The translations under genes were made by a program, and so were the position numbers. Shown here in pieces: positions 9,220 to 18,550 of a stretch of DNA of 64,000 nt. A model generated the notes under the pieces. It saw nothing but the letters and a program-made list of their open reading frames with translations. It was not told the DNA's origin and made no database searches. Origin of the DNA: Acidimicrobiia bacterium (GTDB taxonomy: Bacteria > Actinomycetota > Acidimicrobiia > Spongiisociales > ZC4RG35); NCBI GenBank assembly GCA_965203555.1, contig CBDBCY010000004.1:2496001-2560000 (forward strand), in the 5' to 3' direction. Each line of letters opens with the position of its first letter. Positions within the stretch are counted from its first letter, which is position 1.

Positions 9220-10398
9220 ATGCTGACCTTTAGAGACCTACTGATACGAGCAAAAGCCCAGATCAGGGAAGTGATGCCGGCCGACGTGGAACCGCGGCTG
9301 GGCGATCCGGATTTGCTGCTGCTGGATGTCCGGGAGCATGAAGAGTACGAGCAGGGCGCCATCCCCGGCGCCCATCTGATCCCCAGGGGACTGCTGGAGT
9401 CTTCCATTCCCATGCAGGCGCCCGATCCCGACACCGAAATAGTGGTGTATTGCGCAGGAGGCGCCCGATCAGCGCTGGCCGCGCTGTCGTTGCAGCAGTT
9501 GGGGTACAGCAACGTCGTCTCCATGGACGGAGGGTTCGGGCTGTGGAAGGCCGAGGGCCGTCCGTGGTCGGAGCCGGTGACGCTGTCGTCGGATCAAAAG
9601 GTGCGGTACAGCCGTCACACCATGTTGCCGGAAGTCGGGGAGGAAGGCCAGGCCAGGCTGTTGAGTTCCCGGGTGCTCATGGTGGGCGCCGGTGGCCTGG
9701 GTTCTCCCGCCGCTCTGTATCTGGCGGCGGCCGGGGTGGGGACGCTGGGGGTGGTCGACTTCGATGTGGTGGACGCCTCCAATCTCCAGCGACAGATTCT
9801 GCACAACATGGACCGGCTCGGCCATCCCAAGGTGGAGTCGGCGAGAGAGACCCTCACCGCACTTAATCCGGATGTCAAAGTCGAGCCGTACGGGCAGCGC
9901 CTCGCCGCTCAGAATGTACTGGAAATCATGTCCGGATACGATCTGGTGGTGGACGGAGGGGACAATTTTCCCACTCGGTACCTGGTGAACGATGCTTCGC
10001 TTCACCTCCGTGTCCCGGTCGTCCACGGCGCCATCTTCCGCTTCGAGGGGCAGACCAGTGTCTTTTACCCCTATCAGGGCCCCTGCTACCGTTGCCTGTT
10101 CCCGCAGCCTCCCCCGCCCGAACTCGCCCCATCGTGCGCGGAAGCGGGTGTGCTGGGTGTATTGCCGGGGATCATCGGTTCCATCGAGGCGATGGAGGCC
10201 ATCAAGATACTGTTGGGCATCGGTGAGCCGCTGGTCGGAAAGCTTCTCACCTACGATGCTCTCACAGAGGATTTCCGAACGTTGAAACTGCGCCGCAACC
10301 CCGACTGTGTGGCATGCGCCGACGAGAGTCGCCCCCCGGCGATCGTCGAGTACGACCAGTACTGTATGCCCGCCGGGTCGGTGTCCAGGACCGTCTGA
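9220..10398 (+). CDS. moeZ: Rhodanese-MoeB/ThiF adenylyltransferase (sulfur-carrier activating enzyme, MoeZ-like)
   Basis: N-terminal rhodanese (LLDVRE, YCAGGARS), then RYSRH, GAGGLGSP, SNLQRQ, CYRC. Confidence 0.92.
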   Translation: MLTFRDLLIRAKAQIREVMPADVEPRLGDPDLLLLDVREHEEYEQGAIPGAHLIPRGLLESSIPMQAPDPDTEIVVYCAGGARSALAALSLQQLGYSNVVSMDGGFGLWKAEGRPWSEPVTLSSDQKVRYSRHTMLPEVGEEGQARLLSSRVLMVGAGGLGSPAALYLAAAGVGTLGVVDFDVVDASNLQRQILHNMDRLGHPKVESARETLTALNPDVKVEPYGQRLAAQNVLEIMSGYDLVVDGGDNFPTRYLVNDASLHLRVPVVHGAIFRFEGQTSVFYPYQGPCYRCLFPQPPPPELAPSCAEAGVLGVLPGIIGSIEAMEAIKILLGIGEPLVGKLLTYDALTEDFRTLKLRRNPDCVACADESRPPAIVEYDQYCMPAGSVSRTV

Positions 10399-10432
10399 CC
10401 GACTCGGCCTCCCGCCCTGCGGGATATTTCCA

Positions 10433-10861
10433 ATGTCTGACGAGCATTCAACGATCCATGTTCCCGAATCCATCCACCAGGTGATGGTCTCCCATGCCCG
10501 CCGGTGTTACCCCGAGGAAGCTTGCGGATTGTTGGCCGCAGACCCCGACGGTCGGTTGACGAAGGCCTATCCTCTCACCAACATCGCCCATTCCCCGATC
10601 AACTATGTAATAGATCCGGCCGAGCACTTCGGGGCGCTGCGCCATGCGGAGTCGAAGGGATGGGAGTTGGTGGGTGTGTTCCACTCCCACACCCATTCGC
10701 CCGCCTATCCATCTCCCACCGACGTGGCCCTGGCGGTCGAGCCGGACTGGTTGTACGTGCTGGTTGGGATGGAGAGGATGGATACCCTTTCGGTCCGGGG
10801 ATTTCGAATCCGGGACCACCAGATTGCCGAGACCACCCTCAGCTTCAACTCCCGCCCCTAG
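10433..10861 (+). CDS. mec: JAMM/M67 peptidase, CysO-cysteine peptidase
   Basis: EACGLL and FHSHTHSPAYPSPTD JAMM motif; located between moeZ and cysO. Confidence 0.9.
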   Translation: MSDEHSTIHVPESIHQVMVSHARRCYPEEACGLLAADPDGRLTKAYPLTNIAHSPINYVIDPAEHFGALRHAESKGWELVGVFHSHTHSPAYPSPTDVALAVEPDWLYVLVGMERMDTLSVRGFRIRDHQIAETTLSFNSRP

Positions 10862-10873
10862 GAGGAAAGTCAC

Positions 10874-11149
10874 ATGACGCACACCATTCGCCTGCCCACC
10901 ATTCTTCGCGTTCACGCCGGAGGGGACGCTTCCGTGAGCGCCCGCGGCGCCACAGTGGGAGAAGCCTTCGCCGATGTGGGTAAGCGGTACCCGGGTCTGG
11001 CCCGTCAACTCCTGGATCCGGACGGTTCGGTGCCGGTATTCGTCAATGTCTTTCTCAACGACGAAGACATCCGGTACCTGCAGGGTCTGAACACCCCTAC
11101 CCTGCAACCCTCGGAGATCATCATCCTTCCCTCGGTGGCGGGTGGTTGA
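10874..11149 (+). CDS. cysO: Ubiquitin-like sulfur carrier protein (MoaD/ThiS family)
   Basis: VNVFLNDEDIR and C-terminal VAGG. Confidence 0.88.
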   Translation: MTHTIRLPTILRVHAGGDASVSARGATVGEAFADVGKRYPGLARQLLDPDGSVPVFVNVFLNDEDIRYLQGLNTPTLQPSEIIILPSVAGG

Positions 11150-12077
11150 CGTCCTGGCGCCGGTGTCGCCGGGCCTTTCCCGTACTCCCCTGGTCCGTCT
11201 GGAGGCGCTCTCCCCTCCGGGGGTCGATATCTTTGCCAAGTTGGAGTGGGCCTCGCCGACGGGCTCCATAAAGGACCGGATTGCAGTGGCCATGTTGGAA
11301 AGGGCTCGTTCCGAGGGACGGCTGACCTCCCGAACACGCCTCTTGGAGCCCTCCTCGGGTAACACCGGAATCGCCCTGGCGCGACTGGCCTTCATGTGGA
11401 AGATTCCGTTCACGGTGGTCATGGCGGAAGGGGCCAGCGAAGAGCGGATCCAAACCTTGCGGACCTTCGGAGCAGAGATTGTTTTTTCACCCGGTGAGGA
11501 AGGATCCAACGGGGCTGTGCGAAGGGCCGGGGAGATCGCGGCCTCGGGCGATTATTTGATGCTGAACCAGTACGAGAATCCGGCCAATGCGGAGGCGCAC
11601 TATCGGGGAACCGGCCGGGAGATAGTGGAGGAACTAGACCGGGTGGACGCCTTCGTGGCAGGGCTGGGAACCGGGGGGACCCTGATGGGCGCAGGAGAAG
11701 CCATCAGGGAATCCTTCCCCCGTGCTCAGGTGGCGGCGGCCGAGCCGCCCATGGGAGAGTTGATCACCGGCCTCCGCTCGATCGACGCCGGTTACATACC
11801 CCCGATCTTCGATCCCGACCGGATCGATCGGCGGATCCTGGTACGCCTCGCCCCAACTATCGAGCACACCCGCATGCTGCTGTCCGCCGAGGGAATGTTC
11901 GCAGGTCCCTCCTGCGGGGCAGCCCTGGCGGTGGCGTTGCGCATAGCCAGAGAGATCCGCTCCGGGACGGTGGTAACAGTTTTCCCCGACGCCGGTTGGA
12001 AATACCTCTCCACCGGCATCTACACCGGATCCATCGGAGAGGCAGTGGAGAGGGCCACCAACCAGATTCTCTGGTAG
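11142..12077 (+). CDS. cysM: PLP-dependent cysteine synthase (CysO-thiocarboxylate-dependent type)
   Basis: KLEWASPTGSIKDR, EPSSGNTG, GLGTGGT, DAGWKYLSTG. Confidence 0.92.
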   Translation: MVDVLAPVSPGLSRTPLVRLEALSPPGVDIFAKLEWASPTGSIKDRIAVAMLERARSEGRLTSRTRLLEPSSGNTGIALARLAFMWKIPFTVVMAEGASEERIQTLRTFGAEIVFSPGEEGSNGAVRRAGEIAASGDYLMLNQYENPANAEAHYRGTGREIVEELDRVDAFVAGLGTGGTLMGAGEAIRESFPRAQVAAAEPPMGELITGLRSIDAGYIPPIFDPDRIDRRILVRLAPTIEHTRMLLSAEGMFAGPSCGAALAVALRIAREIRSGTVVTVFPDAGWKYLSTGIYTGSIGEAVERATNQILW

Positions 12078-12192
12078 TTAAGGGTTCGTGGCCACACTGG
12101 ACCCTGGTCCGGCCTCGTCGCGGTAGCCGTGATTACGATCTGCAACGCCGGGGGTGGCTCTTCATAGGAACCTGTCACACCGCACGATTACG

Positions 12193-12288
12193 ACGTTCAC
12201 GGTTATTGGTAGACAGCTTCGTGTTGCCGGGGCTGACTTGGTCTATCCTTTCGCATTGGCTGACACAGCTGGAAGATCACTCAAATGA
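12193..12288 (+). pseudogene. 3' remnant (about 31 codons) of a RecQ-PRTase helicase gene
   Basis: Translates TFTVIGRQLRVAGADLVYPFALADTAGRSLK*, resembling the C-terminus of RecQ/ComF-PRTase fusions. The stop overlaps the dprA start (ATGA). Confidence 0.6.
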
Positions 12289-13256
12289 GCAACGAGGACT
12301 CTCTCGCCACGATCCTGCTCGTGAGCCGGATTCACGCCGAAGGGATGCGGCCCCTGACGGCAGCCGAGTACTGGAGACTCTTGGATACCGACTTACGGCC
12401 GGGCATTCTCTTAGGTCAGACCGAGGCGGAGTTGGTGGACAATCACGGCCTATCCAGGGATCTGGCGGCCAGGATCGTTGCTCTGTTGGATCGGGTCAGG
12501 GCCATCGCTTTCGAATTGGAGCAACTCGAACATGCCGGCATCTGGACGGTGACGCGCTTTGATGATCATTATCCGCGGCGCCTGCTTGATCGACTCCGTT
12601 CCAAGGCACCCGCCCTTCTTCATGCCGCCGGTGCCCTCGAGTTACTCGATCAGCCCGGGATTGGAGTGGTGGGTAGCCGCGATGTATCCCAGGAGGGAGC
12701 GGAAGTGGCCGAGGATGTTGCTGCCAGGGCGGTTGAGTTGGGACTATCGATGATCTCGGGCGGAGCGCGTGGGGTGGATCAACTGGCTATGAACGCGGCG
12801 TTCCAAGCTGGCGGAAATGTGATCGGCGTCCTTGCAGACTCACTCGTGCGCAAGCTGAGAAGTCGAGATGTACGAATAGCGATTCACGACGACCGCGCGG
12901 TCATGTGCACCCCTTACAGTCCCAGGGCGCCGTTTCGGGTTTGGAACGCCATGGGGCGCAACAAGATCATTTACGCGTTGTCCGAGATCACATTGGTGGT
13001 GACGAGCGTGCCTGAAAAGGGAGGTACGTGGTCGGGTGCGACCGAAGCTCTGAAGAAAGGGTTTGGCCGGGTGGGCGTCTGGAGGGGACCCGGGGAAGGT
13101 CCTGGAAATGCCAGGCTGCAGGAGTTGGGCGCTGAGCCCCTCAGGGCTATAGATGACCTCCAGGAGATGATCGAGCAGCCGGACGATGCTGCTGAGGAGG
13201 GTGTGGAAACCCTCGGTAGGGCGGAGTCGCAAGGACGGCTGTTCTCCCCGTCCTGA
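12285..13256 (+). CDS. DprA/Smf-family protein, second (RecQ-associated) type
   Basis: VVGSR, ISGGARGVD, AMGRNKIIYALS, GGTWSGA. Confidence 0.88.
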   Translation: MSNEDSLATILLVSRIHAEGMRPLTAAEYWRLLDTDLRPGILLGQTEAELVDNHGLSRDLAARIVALLDRVRAIAFELEQLEHAGIWTVTRFDDHYPRRLLDRLRSKAPALLHAAGALELLDQPGIGVVGSRDVSQEGAEVAEDVAARAVELGLSMISGGARGVDQLAMNAAFQAGGNVIGVLADSLVRKLRSRDVRIAIHDDRAVMCTPYSPRAPFRVWNAMGRNKIIYALSEITLVVTSVPEKGGTWSGATEALKKGFGRVGVWRGPGEGPGNARLQELGAEPLRAIDDLQEMIEQPDDAAEEGVETLGRAESQGRLFSPS

Positions 13257-13329
13257 GCAGGGGTCGCCCACACAACCATCTGCCGAGCCAACCGGGAGTA
13301 TTACTTCCGGTAAACGGCTGGAAGGAGTT

Positions 13330-14577
13330 TCAGATCGCCGCCAGCAGACCGCCGCCGGCCGCGGTGAGAAGTACCACCATCCAGGAGGGGACTTTCCAGA
13401 AAGCCAGTAGAGCGAAGGCGACCAGGGCAAGGCCAAGATCCGGCGGCTCACGGATGGCGTTGGTCCACAGGGGATCGTAGAGAGCCATCAGCAGAATTCC
13501 GATGACCGCGGCGTTCACGCCGCGCAAGGCCGCCTGGATTCCGGCATGCTTCCGTAGCGCGGCGAAGAAGGGCAGGGTGGCCAGAACCATCAAAAGGGAT
13601 GGGAGGTATAGAGCCACCAATGCCAGGGCGGCGCCCCCTATTCCGTTGGGCTGGGGGGTCATCACCGCACCCAAATATGATGAGAACGTGAACACCGGAC
13701 CGGGGATCGCCTGTGCTGCGCCGAACCCGGCGATGAAGAGATCCTCCTCCACCCAGCCCGGCGCCACCACTTCCGCTTCCAGCAGGGGCAGGACCACCGG
13801 ACCCCCGCCGAACACCAGTGCCCCGGCGCCGTAGAAGGCGTCGGTGACATCGACGAACTCGGCTTCGGTTGCCTGGCGGGCGATCGGAAGAGCTGCGAGC
13901 AGACCGAAGAAGACGGCGGCGGCCGCCAGGCCCGAGCGCCTGCTGAAGGCGGGAAGGCGAGTCCGGTCTCCAGCCGCGCCCTGATCTCGACAGAATCGCC
14001 AGCCCAGGATTGCTCCCGCCACGATCACCAACAGGGCGGTGATTCGGGTTGAGGAGGGGAAGGCTATCAGAGCCACGGCCGCGGCAACGGCCAGGGAACT
14101 GCGAAAAGGGTCGGGGGCCAGCTTGGACCACAACTTCCACACCGCCAGCGCCACCACCGGCACGGCTACCACCACTAGACCGTGAATCCACCCCTCCGCC
14201 CGGTCGCCGATGGTGGCGGCGCCCAGGCCCACGGAGGTGAGAAGGATCGCCGAGGGGAGGGTGAATCCCAGCCACGCGGCAAGGCCTCCGCCCAGCCCTC
14301 CCCGCACCATGCCGATGGCGAATCCCAGCTGGGAGCTGGCTGCCCCGGGGAAGGCCTGGGAGAGAGCCAGGAGGTCGGCAAAGGTACCTTCGTCCACCCA
14401 ACGCCGTCGCTGCACGTACTCGTCGTGGAAATACCCGAAATGCGCCACCGGTCCCCCGAAGGAGGTGAGACCCAGGCGCAGCGCCACCCAAAAGACCTCC
14501 CAGAACCTGCCCTTGCCGGGTGGGGCATTGCTGCGTTCGCTGCTCACCGGCTTCCAAGTTACCAGCCGCGAACCCAT
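13330..14577 (-). CDS. chrA: Chromate efflux transporter
   Basis: LGLTSFGGPVAH, FGGGPVVLPLL, AQAIPGP. Confidence 0.92.
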   Translation of the reverse strand: MGSRLVTWKPVSSERSNAPPGKGRFWEVFWVALRLGLTSFGGPVAHFGYFHDEYVQRRRWVDEGTFADLLALSQAFPGAASSQLGFAIGMVRGGLGGGLAAWLGFTLPSAILLTSVGLGAATIGDRAEGWIHGLVVVAVPVVALAVWKLWSKLAPDPFRSSLAVAAAVALIAFPSSTRITALLVIVAGAILGWRFCRDQGAAGDRTRLPAFSRRSGLAAAAVFFGLLAALPIARQATEAEFVDVTDAFYGAGALVFGGGPVVLPLLEAEVVAPGWVEEDLFIAGFGAAQAIPGPVFTFSSYLGAVMTPQPNGIGGAALALVALYLPSLLMVLATLPFFAALRKHAGIQAALRGVNAAVIGILLMALYDPLWTNAIREPPDLGLALVAFALLAFWKVPSWMVVLLTAAGGGLLAAI

Positions 14578-14593
14578 TGCGCTCGGAAGGGAA

Positions 14594-14612
14594 TAGCTAA
14601 TATCCTTAGCTA
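14594..14612. promoter_or_regulatory. Inverted repeat, probable antitoxin operator
   Basis: Perfect TAGCTAA-N5-TTAGCTA about 40 bp upstream of the TA pair. Confidence 0.55.
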
Positions 14613-14651
14613 AGCCTGTGAAGGGTCGATCCGGACAGGGAGGTTACGGCC

Positions 14652-14894
14652 GTGCGGGTGAATATGCATGAAGCGAAATCGCAGTTGTCGCGGTTGGGAC
14701 GGTTGGTGTGGGCCGGAGAGGAAGTAGTGATCTGTCGAGACGGCAAACCGTACCTGCGTCTGACGGTTTATGAACCGGCTTCCCGGGTTCCCGGCCTATG
14801 GAAGGGCAAGGTGTGGATAGCGCCCGACTTTGACGAAACGCCGCCCGAGGTGATCGATGCCTTCGAAGGAGTTGAAGAAACGGGCACGAGGTGA
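14652..14894 (+). CDS. Phd/YefM-family antitoxin
   Basis: VNMHEAKSQLSRL...GEEVVI.RDGKP. Confidence 0.9.
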   Translation: MRVNMHEAKSQLSRLGRLVWAGEEVVICRDGKPYLRLTVYEPASRVPGLWKGKVWIAPDFDETPPEVIDAFEGVEETGTR

Positions 14895-15271
14895 GGCGAC
14901 TTCTACTGGACACCCATGTGGTGTTGTGGTGGCTGTCCGACGATCGGAGGCTCGGTGCGCAGGCGCGCCGTTTGATCGCGAATGCGGGCAACCATGTGGC
15001 GGTAAGCGCGGCGAGCGTATGGGAGATGGCCATCAAAAGCTGCATCGGAAAACTGTCCGTGCCCGACGATGTAACAGGGGCGGTCGTGGATTGTGGTTTT
15101 GCGCCCCTGGCGATCACCATGGAGCATGCGGCCCGGGTAGGAGAACTTCCATTGGTCCATCGGGATCCCTTTGATCGGATGCTGATCGCGCAGGCGCAGG
15201 TGGAAAGACTCGAATTGATTACCCGTGACGCCGGCCTGGGTGAATACCAGGTGAACCTCACAATCGTGTAG
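14891..15271 (+). CDS. vapC: PIN-domain VapC toxin
   Basis: LLLDTHVVLW, SAASVWE, HRDPFDRMLIAQA; overlaps the antitoxin stop. Confidence 0.92.
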   Translation: MRRLLLDTHVVLWWLSDDRRLGAQARRLIANAGNHVAVSAASVWEMAIKSCIGKLSVPDDVTGAVVDCGFAPLAITMEHAARVGELPLVHRDPFDRMLIAQAQVERLELITRDAGLGEYQVNLTIV

Positions 15272-15297
15272 GGTGCTTCGACCAGGTGGGAGACTCT

Positions 15298-16320
15298 TCA
15301 GAACTCCCTGTTCACCACAAAATGCGCCAGATCCAGCATCTCCTGGGCAGGGCCGGGCTCGATTGCCGCATTTGACAATGCCTGAGCGGCGCTGTGCAGG
15401 CGCTGTTGGGCGGCAGCGGCGGTGGCTTCCCTTCCTCCAGCCTGTTCGACCAGATTGGCGGCCCTGGCCAGATCCGCCTCGTCCAGATGGTCTGTGGCGT
15501 ACAGCGTCGCAAGTTCTTCTCCGGCCGGGGTCCCCGAACAGAGGGCAACCGTCACCGGAATCGACATCTTGCGCTCTCGCAGATCGTTGCCGGCTGGTTT
15601 GCCGGTCACCGCCGGATCGCCCCAGATGCCCAGCAGGTCGTCCAAGGCCTGAAAGCCCAGTCCCAGTTCCATTCCGAAACTGCGCAGCGCCTCGACGGTC
15701 TGTTCCGGGGCGCCTGCCAGAATAGCCCCCACCGCCCCTGCATGGGCCAGGAGAGCTCCCGTCTTGCGTGACACCATCTCCCAGCAGTCCTGCACGCTGA
15801 GGTTGTCTCCCACCGCGAAAGACATGTCCATGTACTGCCCTGCGATCATCGCCATGGTCGCCCGGGTCAGATCGGCCGCCGCGGCGGAGCGAGCAGCAGT
15901 GGGGTCGTCCAGCAACACCTCCAGAGCCAGACCCATCATGGCGTCGCCCACGATGATGGCGTCGCCGACCCCGAATACCTTCCACATCGTGGCGCGGTGC
16001 CTGCGCTCCGCATCATCATCTACGATGTCGTCGTGGACTAGGGAGAAATTGTGGACCAGTTCCACCGCCACCGCTCCGGGGAGGGCGATTTCCGCCGCGG
16101 CGCCCACCGCCTCGCCGGACAGGAGAGCCAGGGTGGGTCGTACCCCCTTGCCGGAACGCCCCGGCGAGAGGATGCGGCCTTTGGCGTCAACCCAGCCGAA
16201 GTGATAGCGGGCGGGCATCGCTAGGCCCGGCGAGAGACGGTCGACGGCGGCCTGCAGGGCGGGCTGTACCAGGATGGCGGTCCTTTCCAGGACTTGCGGT
16301 ATGCCTCGCTTCCGGTTCAT
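15298..16320 (-). CDS. Polyprenyl diphosphate synthase (FPP/GGPP synthase)
   Basis: GKGVRP, HDDIVDDD..RR, FQALDDLLG. Start at ATG 16320, overlapping the hpnE stop. Confidence 0.92.
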   Translation of the reverse strand: MNRKRGIPQVLERTAILVQPALQAAVDRLSPGLAMPARYHFGWVDAKGRILSPGRSGKGVRPTLALLSGEAVGAAAEIALPGAVAVELVHNFSLVHDDIVDDDAERRHRATMWKVFGVGDAIIVGDAMMGLALEVLLDDPTAARSAAAADLTRATMAMIAGQYMDMSFAVGDNLSVQDCWEMVSRKTGALLAHAGAVGAILAGAPEQTVEALRSFGMELGLGFQALDDLLGIWGDPAVTGKPAGNDLRERKMSIPVTVALCSGTPAGEELATLYATDHLDEADLARAANLVEQAGGREATAAAAQQRLHSAAQALSNAAIEPGPAQEMLDLAHFVVNREF

Positions 16321-17669
16321 GCGGCGGCTCGGGCGCCCGCGGCGAAGGCCGCCGCCAAACGACCCGCCCTGGTACCGCTGCGCACCGCCCCCTCCATGGT
16401 GGCCGGCCAACCGGTGTCGCACCAGGCGCCTGCCAGAAATATCCCCTCGACAGCGCAGCGGGCACCGGCCCGTAGTCGATGGGTGCCCGGACCGCCGTAG
16501 AAGGTCGCCTTGTGCTCCCGGGTGACGATCGACTCGGTCACGGTGGCATCGGCCGCGGCAGGTAACAGGCGGGCGACTTCCCCGCTGAAGTGCGCCACCA
16601 ACTCCGCCGAGTTCCGTCCTATGTATGACCGGGCCGCCGACAGGGAGATGGACAGGCACTGGCGGCCGTCGTCCAGACCGGCGCCTTCAGTGCGGTCGAA
16701 CACATACTGAACGTCGCTTCCCACCGCTGCGAACATAGACAAACCAGTCACCGGGCGATCATAGACCAGGTGCACGTTGACGATCGGTGACACGCCCAGT
16801 TCCGGCAGCCGGTCCTGCTGGTGGATGCTACGGGGCGGTAACAGGGCGCCAACTGCATCATGGGGCACCGCCACCACCACCGAGTCGGCCTCCATGTCGT
16901 GGCCGTTCACCTGTACTTCCAATCGTCCCGAAGGGCCGGTCAGCACCCCGGTGACGGCGGCGCCCGTCCTCACCTCGGCGCCGGTTTTCTCCAGGGTCCG
17001 TCGAGCGGCGTCGCCGTGCAGAGCGGAGAGCGGTACTCTTGCCCAGCCGATGTCGGCTGCCGCCGCCCCGGTGAGGAGTCCGGTCACGAATACCTTGGCA
17101 GCCAGTTTCAGAGATGCCTGAGCGGCTGTCACGTTGACCGTGGGCAGCACCACCAGGTTCCAGAAGGTGTCGACAGCGGTGGTGTCCTGCCCGTGGGCGG
17201 CCAGCCATTCACCGAAACCGACTTCATCCAGGGAGGGATCGTCGGGATCCAGTCGGCGGAGTGCCCATCCGGCCCGCAACACCCCCAGTCTTTGGCGGAG
17301 GGCCAAATGAGGATAGGTGAGAAGCGCCGGGGCCAGATGCAGAGGAGCGGGACCGGCGGTCCGCCGGATGGAGCCGGGTCGTCCGTCGGGGCGCAGCACG
17401 GGAATGTCGAGCCGTCTCTGCAAAAAGACATCCTCCGCTGAGCCGATCCGTTCCAGAAAGGCCAGGTAGGCGGTGCAGCAGCGCAGGAAAACATGCTGAC
17501 CGTTGTCGAACCATATGCCCCTGCGCCGAAATGACCAGGTGGCGCCGCCCAGGCGGGGACGTCGCTCCAGTACAGTGACCGCCGCCCCTTGATCGGCTGC
17601 CTCCAAGCCGGCCGCCAACCCGGCCAGGCCCCCTCCCACCACCACTACCTGTTTCGGATTGCCGCTCAA
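16317..17669 (-). CDS. hpnE: Hydroxysqualene dehydroxylase
   Basis: GGGLAGL, DNGQHVFLRCC, TGWPATMEGAVRSG. Confidence 0.92.
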   Translation of the reverse strand: MSGNPKQVVVVGGGLAGLAAGLEAADQGAAVTVLERRPRLGGATWSFRRRGIWFDNGQHVFLRCCTAYLAFLERIGSAEDVFLQRRLDIPVLRPDGRPGSIRRTAGPAPLHLAPALLTYPHLALRQRLGVLRAGWALRRLDPDDPSLDEVGFGEWLAAHGQDTTAVDTFWNLVVLPTVNVTAAQASLKLAAKVFVTGLLTGAAAADIGWARVPLSALHGDAARRTLEKTGAEVRTGAAVTGVLTGPSGRLEVQVNGHDMEADSVVVAVPHDAVGALLPPRSIHQQDRLPELGVSPIVNVHLVYDRPVTGLSMFAAVGSDVQYVFDRTEGAGLDDGRQCLSISLSAARSYIGRNSAELVAHFSGEVARLLPAAADATVTESIVTREHKATFYGGPGTHRLRAGARCAVEGIFLAGAWCDTGWPATMEGAVRSGTRAGRLAAAFAAGARAAA

Positions 17670-18550
17670 GGTCTCAGTCCGGACAGGCTGCGCGCCACCA
17701 CCAGGGCTTTTTCCCAGACGGGAAGACTGACTCGCCCCGTCAAGGGTCGGGTGGGTTGGGAGACGATGCGTTGCAGCACCCGTCGGTAGATCCCCGCCAT
17801 CGCGGCGGTACAGGCGCGGCTGCGGTGATCGAGGTATTCCAGGAGAACCAGCCCTCGATCAAACCAGGTGGCAGCCTGTACCCCCACTTGTTGGACCAGT
17901 TCCCCGACCTTCTCGGGAGGGGCCCATTGGCCGGGAGTGATGCCGAAGCGGTCTCTTTCCTGCTCGGGGAGGTAGATGCGTCCCATCTGTTGGTCCTCCA
18001 CTATGTCACGCAGCATGTTGGTTAGTTGGAGAGCCACTCCCAGGTCGTCGGCCATTCGCCGGGTCTCGTCATCGGCCGCAGGGCCGCCACGGCCTTCCTT
18101 GGTCCCGAAGACTCCCAGCGAAAGACGACCCACCGACCCTGCCACCAGCCGGCAGTAATGCACCGTGTCGTTCATTGTCGCGTACGTCACGCCTCTCACG
18201 TCCTGCTCGCACCCTTCCACTATTTCGTGCAAGGCGGCCAAGGGAATGGGATAACGGCCGGCGGCGTGGGCTATGGCCACCGTCACCGGATCGGCGGGTT
18301 TGGGAATCGCGCCCGTTTCCAGCTCGTCGATGGTGGAGTGAACCTGTGCCAGGGCCCTCAGTTTGCGGTCGGCGGGCCAGCCGCCGTCTCCAATGTCATC
18401 TATGCGGCGGGACATGGCGTAAAGGGCCGCCATCGCCCGGCGCTTGGGGCGTGGGAGCAGCCGGATGCCATAGGAGAAGTTGCGGGCGTTTACCCAGGTG
18501 ATCCGCTCGCATTCCCGGTAGGCGGACTCGGGGTTGATCATCTCAACCAT
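17666..18550 (-). CDS. hpnD: Presqualene diphosphate synthase
   Basis: ARNFSYGIRLLP, RRIDDIGD, LQLTNMLRDI.ED...GRIYLP. Confidence 0.9.
   Translation of the reverse strand: MVEMINPESAYRECERITWVNARNFSYGIRLLPRPKRRAMAALYAMSRRIDDIGDGGWPADRKLRALAQVHSTIDELETGAIPKPADPVTVAIAHAAGRYPIPLAALHEIVEGCEQDVRGVTYATMNDTVHYCRLVAGSVGRLSLGVFGTKEGRGGPAADDETRRMADDLGVALQLTNMLRDIVEDQQMGRIYLPEQERDRFGITPGQWAPPEKVGELVQQVGVQAATWFDRGLVLLEYLDHRSRACTAAMAGIYRRVLQRIVSQPTRPLTGRVSLPVWEKALVVARSLSGLRP

Noticed and set aside
9220-11149. E1 + JAMM + ubiquitin-like trio as a CBASS/Bil-type anti-phage conjugation system
   Set aside because: There is no E2 or cyclase, and the adjacent cysM explains it as the known sulfur relay.
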